A stretch of DNA of 63,481 bases, the filler included, from Octopus bimaculoides (Eukaryota), in NCBI RefSeq assembly GCF_001194135.2. It is 5 parts of 4 records of this genome, joined end to end, with 100 filler letters (N's around TTAATTAATTAA, not from the genome) between each part and the next. Parts side by side here need not be neighbours in the genome. Positions count along the whole stretch, not along the records: positions 20,670 to 35,830 come from NC_068988.1; positions 35,931 to 53,331 come from NC_068986.1; 3 more parts are not named here. One strand, 5' to 3'. Below, in pieces: positions 27,110 through 39,501 of this stretch. The notes below the pieces were generated by a model. It worked only from the letters and a program-made list of their open reading frames with translations, was not told where the DNA came from and did no database searches. The translations under genes were made by a program, and so were the position numbers. How positions within the stretch are numbered: position 1 is the first letter of the stretch; every line of letters begins with the position of its first letter.

Positions 27110-28030
27110 TAATAGTAATATGGTCATTTGGCAAGAATGGATGAGGATAGCTGTGTGAAAAAGTGCCACAGCCTAGCGGTTGAGGGTACCTGTGGAAGAG
27201 GTAGAACCAGGATGACCTGGGATGAGGTGGTGAAGCACGACCTTTGGACATTAGGCCTCACCGAGGCAATGACTAGTGACTGAGACCTTTGGAAATATGC
27301 TGTGCATGAGAAGACCCAGAAAGACAAGTGAGACCATAACCTGTGGCCTTTACCAGGGTGTAGCCAGCCCACTTATGCATACCTTTCCTTCTTTGGACAC
27401 AAATCCCTGATTGCGAAGACCTGTTGAGGCAAGTGAAATCAAAATTGAAATCGAACCAAATTCGATGACTGGCACCCATGCCAACCTTCCTTCATTGGAC
27501 ACTAACTCTGCTTGCAAAGACCTGTTGGGGCAAGTGAAATCGTAACTAAACCAAATTCGATGACTGGCACCCGTGCCAGTGGAGTGCTAACAGCACCATC
27601 CGAGCAGGGTCACTGCCAGAGCAGCTGTCTGGCTTCCGTGCCAGTGGCACGTAAAATGCACTATTTGAGCGTGATCGTTACCAGTGTCGCCTTACTGGCA
27701 CTTGTGCTGGTGACGTGTGAACAAAACATTCGAGCGAGGTCATTACTAGCGCCACTCAACTGACTCCTGTGCTGGTGGCACGTAAAAACACCATTTGAGC
27801 GTGGCCGTTGCCAGTACCTCCAGACTGGCCCTCGTGCTGGTGGCACGTAAAAGCACCCACTACACTCTCGGAGTGGTTGGCATTAGGAAGGGCATCTAGC
27901 TGTAGAAACTCTGCCAGATCAGATTGGAGCCTGGTGCAGCCATCTGGTTCGCCAGTCCTCAGTCAAATCGTCCAACCCATGCTAGCATGGAAAGCGGACG
28001 TTAAACGATGATGATTATGATGATGATGAA
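27110..28030 (+). mobile_element. RTE-clade LINE 3' end (ORF C-terminus, long 3' UTR, (GAT)n tail)
   Basis: GRGRTRMTWDEVVKHDLWTLGLTEAMTSD*DLWKYAV matches the RTE RGRP..TW...v..Dl..lgl....a.DR..W motif; UTR has internal repeats of gtggcacgtaaaa. Confidence 0.82.
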
Positions 28031-29593
28031 ATTGGGCTCCTTCAACCCCATCAATCTTGTTGCTTTCACCCATCTTCTGTAAAACATGTAAAACACACTG
28101 GAAAGCAGTACCTTTCTCTATCTCAACTTCCTCTTGAAGTGGTACTTGAAGTGGATAAGTGTTTGCCCAGAGAGAAAAATCCCTGTCCTCAAACCTTTTA
28201 AATGCATCCACCACACAACTTATATCACTATATTCACACTTCTTTCCTCGAAATACAAGTTTTCCAGAATATTTCAAATATATCAATTCCACAACACAAA
28301 AAGAATACAAAAATCAGACTAAAAATCTTAAAGAACAAAAAAAATCAAGGAGAATCATTGCCGTTTTCTAAGGAATCAAATCCGTAATAATTTTCAAAAC
28401 TAAAACAAAAATATGTAAGAATTAACTGAAAATATTTGTATTTAAAAGTTCAATAACTGAAGAAGATAAAATAAAAATATGATACGTTGTTTGAAACTTG
28501 CTCATTTATATAGAAATCAGCCAGACATAGATATAACAACAAATGAAACAAGTTGTAAAAGATAAACATATGCAGAAATCTGGGAATTTTGATGAATAAC
28601 TAATTCAATTAGACTATTAATTGATTTATTCATTTGTAGTTAGGAAATTGTGGATTTGAAAAACAAAAAACAATAATAAAAGGTTATAGAGGAATTACAC
28701 AAAAATTTCATAATCATTTTTTATTATTCAAAGAAAACATTCTACCTTCCTCCCTCCCCATTCTCTTTCTTGCAGACACACACACACACACAGACACACA
28801 CACACGCACGCACGCACACACACTTTTGTGTGTGTAAGCAATATGCACAAATATGGAATAAAATAGATTTGAACAATAAAATGGATATAAAATAGTTAAA
28901 ATGATATCCAATTAGATTGATGTCATTGTATGTGAGTCACAGATATGAGTCACATTACAATTTTAAAGCAGCTTTTAAAATAAAATTTCTTGCAAGCAAA
29001 GGCATGCTTCAAGTTTGCCGACTGGAAAGTGATCGTGGTTAGTAAAAGCTAAATAGAAGACTGCAAAACTCCAAGCTAGCTTTAACTAGACAAATAGTAT
29101 CTCATCTCTAGAACTTGTAGCCGAGGAAGAAAGCAAGCAGAAAGATTGATGCTATCTATCTGTTTATGATTATTAAAAAAATAAGTGGAAGCATTGGTCC
29201 AAATCAATGCCGATCTATATTCACAAGATGGTCAGTGGAGAGGCGAGAAAGATAGAGGCTTAAGAACCCAATGAACAGAAGGAATGCAACAAAGGTGAAA
29301 GGAGTGAATGCCTGATTAATTAACCACTGCAGAGCAATCAGTGTTCCTAAAAATTTACTGGATAAATAACAATAACATGATTAGATGAATCAAATATGAA
29401 GGAAAATATAGTAAGAGACTACAAGACTAAATATATTTTGGCAAGAACAATTAACTGCATATGTAAGTTTATGTGTATATGTGTATGTACACATGGGGGA
29501 GGAAATGAGGTCTAGTGGGAGAAAGCATATGAAAGGAAACATTTCAGAAAATGAAGAATATGTCTTTTTATTTCTACCATATAATGTACTTCC

Positions 29594-29975
29594 GTGGAGG
29601 CACAATGGCCCAGTGGTTATGGCAGCGGACTCGCGGTCATAGGATCGTGATTTCGATTCCCAGACCGGGCGTTGTGAGTGTTTATTGAGCAAAAACACCT
29701 AAAGCTCCACAAGGCTCCGGCAGGGGATGGTGGCGAACCCTGCTGTACTCTTCCACCACAACTTTCTCTCACTCTTACTTCCTGTTTCTGTTGTGCCTGT
29801 AATTCAAAGGGTCAGCCTTGTCACACTGTGTCGCGCTGAATATCCCCGAGAACTACGTTAAGGGTACACGTGTCTGTGGAGTGCTCAGCCACTTGCATGT
29901 TAATTTCACGAGCAGGCTGTTCCGTTGATCGGATCAACTGGAACCCTCGACGTCGTAAGCGACGGAGTGCCAACA
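29594..29975 (+). mobile_element. Full-length SINE family C with 13-bp TSD
   Basis: ATAATGTACTTCC at 29581-29593 and 29976-29988; A and B boxes intact. Confidence 0.92.
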
Positions 29976-32900
29976 ATAATGTACTTCCATTTTAGTGGAA
30001 ATACATATACTGTACTTCCATTTTAACACCACCACCCAGTCCATTGGTTACCTTTAGCAGAATTCACTCTGTTGGAAGCATTCAGAGTATAACTGCTGTT
30101 CTTTCTCTATCCATGTGTTTTTCCTGCTGAAAAGGTTGGACATCAACAGCATCATTCTCATGCTGCAAGGATGAGACTACAGCATGAGATTAACGCAAAG
30201 ACCTGTGAGGGTCATGTCGACTGCACACAAAACTTAGACCATCATTGAAGAACAAATCTGTTTTCACATTAAATAACAAGCCAAAAGCTATGTAGTAGTC
30301 TAAGTTTGAATAAATGACAGAGACTTAGTCTTGCCCAAGTGATTTTGTTTTAACCTCAAAATGCCACACAGTGTGACCTAACCCAAGACCCCAAAATTGG
30401 GAAGCAAGCTTCTTAACCATATTCTGTTCCTAAAAAAAACTTGAAGAGAGGAATCTGAAGAAATTTTTAAATTATATAGAAAACAATATAGTGTGACTGA
30501 CCCTGTATTGTTGTAAGTAGATGAAAATTTTAGTTTTTACACTGTGAACAGTGATTTTAATCTCATGTGACTAATACAAACCAGAAACATCTTATATTAC
30601 TATAAACTGGTTCTTATATAGGCAGAAGGCCTAAAATTTGGGGAAGGAGGCCAGTCAATTGCATCAACCCCAGTGCTTGACTATACTTCATTTTATGTCC
30701 CCAAAAGGATGGAAGGCAGTCGACATTGGTGGGATTTGAACTTGGAATGTAAAGAACCAGAAGAAATGCTGCTCAGCATTTTTTGCCAACACGCTAACAA
30801 TTCTGCTAGCCTGCCACCCAAATATATTACCACAAATTAAAAACAGAAATATTATATATTGCCATAAATTAAACTAAAATAGAAAAAAAAATATTGTTAG
30901 TTTCTAACTATCATGTTTATTTATCAATCTTGAAAGGAAAGAAGAAATTTTAAAGAGAAAACCAAATAACTGAAAAACGATTGAAAATGACAAAATTCTT
31001 CAAAAGCAACTTATTTATTCTATCATAACAACTAATTAACAAGAAGGGATTCAAGGAGACTAATGGTCTGGAAGCGAGATACAGCATTCATTAAAGTACA
31101 TCAAAATAGGAGTTTGACTAGACATGAACGACTATTTAAATAAGTCTCATTTACACCCCTCTCTTTCTCTCTTCTGTTTCTCCATCAGTCAAGAATTTCA
31201 TGAAATGTTGTCTAATACAAGCAATAAACAACCAAAGGTTTCTTATCATCCTCAACCTACTCAATACTGATTCTATTTGTTTTTATCAGTGTTTTGTGCA
31301 TTTATTTATCTGCTCAAACATCATTACCAAACTGTCACTAAATGAACTACTTTTTAACAGATAGTCATCACTAACACAGCACTGCTACCAGTTTATATAG
31401 TCTAATTTAAAATGAACCGAGTTAAAACCTGGATGTTATCAAAGCCGGAGTGAACTGCTGGAAAAGAAGTGATGTCTCAACATCTGATAGCACATGATTT
31501 GTCTGCTGATAAAACCAGCAGCATCTGTCAAAAACTCATCAAAATGACAAATATTTCAAAAGATGAAATAGCCTGCACATTAGTGTTTGTGTATGTAAGT
31601 TTGTTTTGTGTGGGATCATTTTTTTTTTACTGCCTTCAGAAAAGCAGAATAAAAAGTCAGGGTTAGGTAACTATTTCAGGTATCAGGACATCTTTGTGGC
31701 TGATCCTACAGATAACAATCCTGCTATAGATCAAATACCAGAATCACAGTTCAAAACATCAAAACGTGATATCAGCACAACGCATCTTTACAAAATATTT
31801 AAGGATATTCTATGCACACCCACACACTTTTTCACATGTTTTCTATGGAATAATGAAAAAGCAATTTCTGCAACTTTGGAAAATTTTTTAAAACAGTTTG
31901 AAAGAAAAAAATTTACACCTTCTTGCAAATATAGCGATTCTTTGAATAAGGTTGCTCAAACTGCTCGTGTGGTAACCAAATCTCCCTCAACAATCTGTGT
32001 ATTTGAAGAACAGCACTAAAATGACAATCACAGGACAAAATGCCTATTGTGAAATGATGCTTGCTAATCAGTATAAATACTAAGAGAACAAATAAATCAT
32101 TGATGATATCTCCTGCTGATTGTTTAGCAAAAGGGCATTCCAGGCACACGCATGGTAGGGTGGTCAAGAAGCTCACTTTGTAAACGCATGGCTTCAGGTT
32201 CAGTCCCAATGCACAGCACCATGGGCAAGTGTCTTCTACTATAGCTTAAGAGGAGGGCAGGGGTTATCAACCAATGTCTTATGAGTGAAATGAAAACTGT
32301 GAGGTAACCTTGTGTGCGCATGAGAGAGAGAGAGAGAGAGAGAGAGGGGGGTTGTCCCTGCCATCCCACTGCTTGACAACTTGTGTTGGTTTATGTCCCT
32401 GTAACTTAGCAGCTCAGCAAAAGAGACAACAAAATAAGAACCAGACTTAAAAAGTAAGTACTGGGGTCCCCAACATGGTTGGAGTTCAATGACTGAAACA
32501 AGGAAAAATAAAGGCTAACCTTTCTCTTCTGAGGGTCAAAAGGCCAACAACCAGCAGACAGAGAACTGTCCATATTTGTTTTCCACAATTGGAAGGCATC
32601 ATCATCATTTAACGTCCATTTTTCATGCTGGCATGGGTTGGACGGTTTGACAAACTGATGAACTGAAGGGCTGTTCAGGCTCCAGTCTGATTTGGCATGG
32701 TTTCTATGGCTGGATGCCCTTCCTAATGCCAGCCACTTTACAGAGTATGCTGGGTGCTTTTACGCAGCACAGGTATGGGTGCTTTTTACGTGCATATACA
32801 AATTTTTAGATGTATATACAAATTTACAAGACAGAGTCAGAATAAAATCAATGTTTACAAAATCATTTTAATGAACTTTAAATAGCCATGAAAACACAGA

Positions 32901-33482
32901 TGTGGTTGTTTGGTTAGGAAGATTGCTTCCCAACCCCATGGTTCCAGGTTCAACACCACTGCATGGCACTTTAGGTAAATGTCTTCTATTATAGCTCCAG
33001 GTTGCCCAAAGCCTCATGAATGGATTTATGTACTTGGACATGTGATTTACATGTAAATGGATCTGACTGACAAACTGAAAAGCTTGTATGTGTGCGTGTG
33101 AATATGTACATGCACAAACACACACATATAGTAGTACTTTTATATTTGGGGATGGTCTTTTTTTTTTCCTTTGCCAATAAACACATGCACTGTTTATTTG
33201 ATCTTCACTTTAGGTTTAGTATTAGTTTATTTGTCATTGAAGAGGTCACAGAATGTATGACAAAAAGAACTCTAACAAATAAACTAATATTAACAATAAA
33301 GCTAAAGTGAAGATCAAATAAACAGTGCATGTGTTTATTGACAAAAAAAAAAAAAGGTAACCATCTCCAGATATAAGAATATCTGTTTCAACAACACACA
33401 ATATCACATCAAGAAGATTGCAAAACAAATACATGAAAGTACATATTAATATATGAGTGTTGTAGTTTGCTTGAAGCATTGT

Positions 33483-33745
33483 AATATCAAAGAAGGTAAA
33501 AAGAGAGAAAACAGAAAGCTTCTGACAATGCGGAAAGTTTAATAAAACCTTTATATTTCAGGCGCAAAGGCCCAACTTCAGAAGAAAAGAACAGTCTGAG
33601 AAAAGTCCAGTAGGTTCTGTTAGCCCGTTCAAATTCCCTGGTGTTATGTGAAGATGGGCCTTTCCGCTTAAAATATAAAGGTTTTATTAAACTTTTCACA
33701 TTGTCAGAAGCTTTCTATTCTCTCTCTTTTTATCTTCTTTGATAT
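33483..33745. repeat. Fold-back MITE-like inverted repeat (~97-bp imperfect arms)
   Basis: 33483-33580 versus the reverse complement of 33649-33745. Confidence 0.8.
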
Positions 33746-34099
33746 ATTAGTAAGTACATGTATTTATGTAAGTGAATGCATTTTTTTTTTTTTTTGTCTC
33801 CTTGACTTGACACCACATGATAGTTGTAAAGCAGTGTCCTTCATTTCCAATATTCTGCAAAAACATTTCTGGCTATGGGGAAACATTACCTTACTGGAAA
33901 ACAGGCAAGGGTCAGTGACGGGAAGGGCATCTGGCCATATAAAAATAATCTACCCCAATAAACTCCATCCAAGTGAAAAAAATAGGCATTAAAACAATGA
34001 TGATGATAACGATTCTAATACAGTTCTATATTTAAGAGATGAGGAATTATTTACATTATTTACATTTGATGGATATTTGTCCTCATCTTGTTTGTTGTT

Positions 34100-34145
34100 A
34101 ACACAACGTTTTGGCTGATATACCTTCCAGCCTTCATCAGGTGTC
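34100..34145 (-). ncRNA. Minimal hammerhead-like motif, G12 mutated (GAAA to AAAA)
   Basis: rc: GACAC-CTGATGA-A-GGCTG-GAAGGTATAT-CAGCC-AAAAC-GTT-GTGTT; stem II perfect, stem I GACAC/GTGTT. Confidence 0.55.
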
Positions 34146-34399
34146 TTTGGGGAAATTTCGAACCTGGGTTCTCATCCTTAAGGTATTTTTCGACGTTATC
34201 ATTATTATTATTATTATTATTCAGGTCACTGCCTGGAATCAAACTCAGAATCTTGGGAGTTAAGAATGCAGGCTACTAACTTGAAGATTCTGAGTTCGAT
34301 TCCAGGCAGTGACCTGAATAATAAGATGATGATGATGATGATGATGATAACATTGAAAAATACCTTAGGAATGAGAACCCAGGTTTGAAATTTCTCCAA

Positions 34400-34445
34400 G
34401 ACACCTGATGAAGGCCGGGGGGTATATCAACCGAAACATTGTGTT
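34400..34445 (+). ncRNA. Minimal hammerhead-like motif, degenerate
   Basis: GACAC-CTGATGA-A-GGCCG...CAACC-GAAAC-ATT-GTGTT. Confidence 0.5.
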
Positions 34446-34516
34446 AACAACAACCAAGATGAGGACAAATATCTGTCAAATGTAAATAATGTAAATAGTG
34501 AATGATTCTAATAGCC

Positions 34517-34900
34517 TTGTTGGCACTCCGTCGCTTACAACGATGAGGGTTCCAGTTGATCCGATCAACGGAACAGCCTGCTCGTGAAATTAACGTGCAA
34601 GTGGCTGAGCAATCCACAGACACGTGTACCCTTAACGTAGTTCTTGGGGATATTCAGCGTGACACAGTGTGACAAGGCTGGCCCTTTGAATTACAGGCAC
34701 AACAGAAACAGGAAGTAAGAGCGAGAGAAAGTTATGGTGAAAGAGTACAGCAGGGTTCACCACCATCCCCTGCCGGAGCCTCGTGGAGCTTTAGGTGTTT
34801 TCGCTCAATAAACATTCACAACGCCCGGTCTGGGAATTGAAACCGCGATCCTATGACCGTGAGTCCGCTGCCCTAACCACTGGGCCATTGCGCTTCCACC
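34517..34900 (-). mobile_element. Full-length SINE family C with 13-bp TSD
   Basis: GATTCTAATAGCC at 34504-34516 and 34901-34913. Confidence 0.92.
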
Positions 34901-35690
34901 GATTCTAATAGCCATACAAGTGACATCAAATCCATTCATGGAGAAACAGTTTAGCTCATTTGGATTCCTGACTGTTTCTTTCTTTTGTTTGGATCAGTCC
35001 TTCACTTACTTTTCCAACACTAACCTCTTTCTCAGCACTACAATTTATTTCTATGCTCTTTGCTATATTCAATAACACAACTTAAAACCAGCCTAATAAC
35101 TTGACTCTTTAGTACTTACAGCTTAGCTAAGTTTCTTTATATTTATTGTCATGATGATGATGATAAAGGAGTGAGAAAAAAAAAATTCTATGGAAATGAA
35201 CATAAGAAGTTTCAACATTCATACCTATCTCAAAGGCATTAACAGCCCATGCAAGAACATAAGTGATTACATCACTTAGTTTACATTTGTCTAGTCAAAA
35301 CTATTTATCAACATCACTACCTCCCCAGTATTTAACACACACTTACAAGGACTGATACATGGCTGTCAACTGACAGAATACTAACAATGTTTGCTAAAGC
35401 TAAAAGAGAAAAGAAACAAATAAAAAGTAATTAAAAAAAAGGAGGCAGGAAGGTACATAAGAAAAGGAAGACTAGAAAGGAATTTATATGAGACAAAACT
35501 GGATTGCCAAGAACTGCTTAAACAATGTCTCATACTTAAGCAGGGTACCTCATGGGGGTGAGGAAAATTTTTTTTTTCAATGTCTGATATATATATATAT
35601 GGGAGAATATACAAAAAATAACAACAGACGAGGACAGGTGGTGTAAATAACAAAAGTATATATTAGTATGACGCTCGGGAATACGGAAAG

Positions 35691-35727
35691 TCTTTGACGT
35701 TTCGAGCTACGCTCTTCAACAGAAAGA
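35691..35727 (-). ncRNA. Minimal hammerhead-like motif with CUGUUGA core variant, probably at a Penelope-like 3' end (~35615-35830)
   Basis: rc: TCTTT-CTGTTGA-A-GAGC-GTA-GCTC-GAAAC-GTC-AAAGA; stems I and II perfectly paired, GUC site. Confidence 0.6.
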
Positions 35728-35830
35728 ATACGGAGACAAGGAGAAAAACACGGAGAAAAAAAATTGAATAGTGTTCAGTCAACGGTCAATCATAATAATG
35801 GCCGATCATAACAATGACTGACCGGAAGTT

Positions 35831-35930
35831 NNNNNNNNNNNNNNNNNNNNNNNNNNNNNNNNNNNNNNNNNNNNTTAATTAATTAANNNNNNNNNNNNNN
35901 NNNNNNNNNNNNNNNNNNNNNNNNNNNNNN
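35831..35930. other. Artificial scaffold-join linker
   Basis: 44N-TTAATTAATTAA-44N. Confidence 0.93.
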
Positions 35931-36001
<71 letters not shown>

Positions 36002-36382
36002 CATATATACGACGAGCTTCTTTCAGTTTCCGTCTACCAAATCCACTCACAAGGCTTTGGTCGGCCCGAGGCTGTAGTAGAAGACACTTGCCCAAGGAGT
36101 CACACAGTGGGAATGAACCCGGAACCATGTGGTTGGTAAGCAAGCTACTTACCACACAGCCACTTGTTTCTTTTTACACAATATTAAAACAACGGCTAAA
36201 AATTTTCTGAAGCAACACCCCACTAATTTTATCGACGAGCCGCCACAGTATATGAGTACATATACATACAAATACACACACATAAGTGTATACATATATA
36301 ATATATATATATGCGCATGTATAGGTGTATACATATATATACATATATATTATATATACATTTATATACTTGCATGTATGCG

Positions 36383-36455
<73 letters not shown>

Positions 36456-36835
36456 CTATCTACCTACCTGTTTGTGTGTATGTGTGTGTGTGTGTGTGTT
36501 TGTGCGCACGTCTGTAGAAAAACAAAAGTAGAGAGTCGGTTCATAAATTATTTAATTGTCATCTTACACGTATTTCCTCAACAATATATAGGGAAAACCT
36601 TATGAACAGATTACATTTTGGATTCATCAGAATTTGCATAACAAACGTAAGATTTATGATAGACATGGGACAGTGTCATGGTACCAACACACATAACATA
36701 ACACTGTCTGATAGCATAACACTGTCTGATGGCCATTATAAATCTTAGTTATTTACGTTTGTTATGCAATTTGTGAAAAATTGATAAGGTAATTTGCTCA
36801 TAAAACGTTTTCCTACATAACAAATATTATTGTTT

Positions 36836-38130
36836 ACTAGCAGAAATACCCGGCTTTGCCCGGGTTAAAGAGAATAATGAAATCTAAAAACGCCGTCTAG
36901 ACTACGCAACCCTCAACTGTTAGTAGCTACGATACCATATTTCTACAATAATAACTCTCCAATCCATGCCAGCATGGAACATAGACATTAAGTGGAATGT
37001 CAGTCTCTCATCTAGGAGGGCCTTGAAATCAATGTTACCAACTGGGGACTATGTGTGTCGCAGTGATAATAAAAAGACCCAAAGGAGGTCTGCAACGAAA
37101 TAATTTTACTCAACACTTTGCAAGTGAATCAGTAGAGGCAAAGATGCGTCTCATTTNNNNNNNNNNNNNNNNNNNNNNNNNNNNNNNNNNNNNNNNNNNN
37201 NNNNNNNNNNNNNNNNNNNNNNNNNNNNNNNNNNNNNNNNNNNNNNNNNNNNNNNNNNNNNNNNNNNNNNNNNNNNNNNNNNNNNNNNNNNNNNNNNNNN
37301 NNNNNNNNNNNNNNNNNNNNNNNNNNNNNNNNNNNNNNNNNNNNNNNNNNNNNNNNNNNNNNNNNNNNNNNNNNNNNNNNNNNNNNNNNNNNNNNNNNNN
37401 NNNNNNNNNNNNNNNNNNNNNNNNNNNNNNNNNNNNNNNNNNNNNNNNNNNNNNNNNNNNNNNNNNNNNNNNNNNNNNNNNNNNNNNNNNNNNNNNNNNN
37501 NNNNNNNNNNNNNNNNNNNNNNNNNNNNNNNNNNNNNNNNNNNNNNNNNNNNNNNNNNNNNNNNNNNNNNNNNNNNNNNNNNNNNNNNNNNNNNNNNNNN
37601 NNNNNNNNNNNNNNNNNNNNNNNNNNNNNNNNNNNNNNNNNNNNNNNNNNNNNNNNNNNNNNNNNNNNNNNNNNNNNNNNNNNNNNNNNNNNNNNNNNNN
37701 NNNNNNNNNNNNNNNNNNNNNNNNNNNNNNNNNNNNNNNNNNNNNNNNNNNNNNNNNNNNNNNNNNNNNNNNNNNNNNNNNNNNNNNNNNNNNNNNNNNN
37801 NNNNNNNNNNNNNNNNNNNNNNNNNNNNNNNNNNNNNNNNNNNNNNNNNNNNNNNNNTCTGAAAGTATCTGTCATTACAGTATCAAAATGTGATTGTTTC
37901 AGTTAGTAGAATAGTTTCATTTTTAAAGTGAAAGTATTTGACATGAGTGTTTTTGTTTCACTTTTGACACGTAATACTTAAATAGTGGAGGAGATATTAT
38001 GTTGCCGTGGGCTCGAACTCTGCAAGAAGTTAAATTTTTTTTTGACTAAAACACAACTGGAACCCTAAGTAAGGCATCTGTAAAATTTGAATGAAATTGG
38101 TTCCGTAGTTCTCGAGTTTTAGGGATTCAC

Positions 38131-38161
<31 letters not shown>

Positions 38162-38186
38162 CACATTCTCATTTTTATATATATAG
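36836..38186 (+). mobile_element. Helitron/HINE-like non-autonomous element spanning a gap
   Basis: Starts ACTAG...CCCGG-CTTTG-CCCGGG hairpin; ends with (GACA)n then TTTTATATATATAG. That the two ends belong to one element is inferred. Confidence 0.55.
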
Positions 38187-38560
38187 ATGAAACGTTTAAT
38201 ATAACTTAATTTAGATAATTTATGAATTGACTTTTCAGTTTTTTTTTTTCGATATGAACTCTATCTCTCCTTTCTAACTGTAAAGAGCAATGAAAGAAAA
38301 CTGGGAGTACATTACACGAGTTCTTTTATTAGTTTTCTCTTTTGATATATAATGATGCACATAGACTTCTGGTTATATGTCATACAGCTTAAATTTTAAT
38401 TGCATTTTACAAATATATTTTTGTGAGTGTATTTATATGTATATCTATATATGTGTAAGTATATATATATATGTATGTATATATACATATGTATATGTAT
38501 ATATGTAAGTATATATATATATATACATACATACATACATACTATATATATATATAATAT

Positions 38561-38810
38561 GGAGTGGTTGTGTGGTAAGTAGCTTGCTTATCAACCACAT
38601 GGTTCTGGGTGTCTGTATTTGTTCCCCCAACATCTCTTGACAACCGATGGTGGTGTGTTTACGTCCCTGTAACTTAGCGGTTCGGCAAAATAGACCGATA
38701 GAATAAGTATTAGGCTTACAAAGAATAAGTCCTGGGATCGATTTGCTCGACTAAAGTCGGTACTCCAACATGGCTGCAGTCAAATGACTGAAACTAGTAA
38801 AAGAGTAAAA
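38561..38810 (+). mobile_element. SINE family B (internally deleted)
   Basis: ggagtggttgtgtggtaagtagcttgc head plus gtaacttagcggttcggcaaaa...aaatgactgaaac tail. Confidence 0.8.
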
Positions 38811-39239
38811 TAGTATATATACATATATATATATATANNNNNNNNNNNNNNNNNNNNNNNNNNNNNNNNNNNNNNNNNNNNNNNNNNNNNNNNNNNNNNN
38901 NNNNNNNNNNNNNNNNNNNNNNNNNNNNNNNNNNNNNNNNNNNNNNNNNNNNNNNNNNNNNNNNNNNNNNNNNNNNNNNNNNNNNNNNNNNNNNNNNNNN
39001 NNNNNNNNNNNNNNNNNNNNNNNNNNNNNNNNNNNNNNNNNNNNNNNNNNNNNNNNNNNNNNNNNNNNNNNNNNNNNNNNNNNNNNNNNNNNNNNNNNNN
39101 NNNNNNNNNNNNNNNNNNNNNNNNNNNNNNNNNNNNNNNNNNNNNNNNNNNNNNNNNNNNNNNNNNNNNNNNNNNNNNNNNNNNNNNNNNNNNNNNNNNN
39201 NNNNNNNNNNNNNNNNNNNNNNNNNNNNNNNNNNNNNNN

Positions 39240-39303
<64 letters not shown>

Positions 39304-39399
39304 AGAATCAAAATCTGCAGCGCATCAACCTACTTGTGAAGGACAGTAATATAGAAGTAGTTGATAGCTGTTAGATATCTAATTGGTGTGGAGACTGAC

Positions 39400-39501
39400 C
39401 TGTTTGGCAAAAGCTGCGGGGACTGTTTGACTAAGTTCAGCCAAGCAGTTGTTAATCCTATCACGTCGTCTTTTTTCAATCACCTTATGGGAAGTTTGAT
39501 C
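39400..39501 (-). CDS. helt: Internal exon encoding the basic region and helix 1 of a HES/HEY-class bHLH-Orange factor, best matching HELT (Heslike/Megane)
   Basis: ttattttcag|GAT...CAG|gtcagt, 102 nt, phase 0/0: DQTSHKVIEKRRRDRINNCLAELSQTVPAAFAKQ. The SHKVIEKRRRDRIN.CL.EL..TVP.A.AKQ signature is HELT-like, and the intron after KQ is the conserved HELT/HEY position. Confidence 0.88.

Larger units (their letters stand above)
34048..34497. mobile_element. Head-to-head inverted pair of the tRNA-head/hammerhead SINE-like element
   Basis: Left arm 34048-34256 is the reverse complement of right arm 34286-34497, apart from microsatellite differences. Confidence 0.88.
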
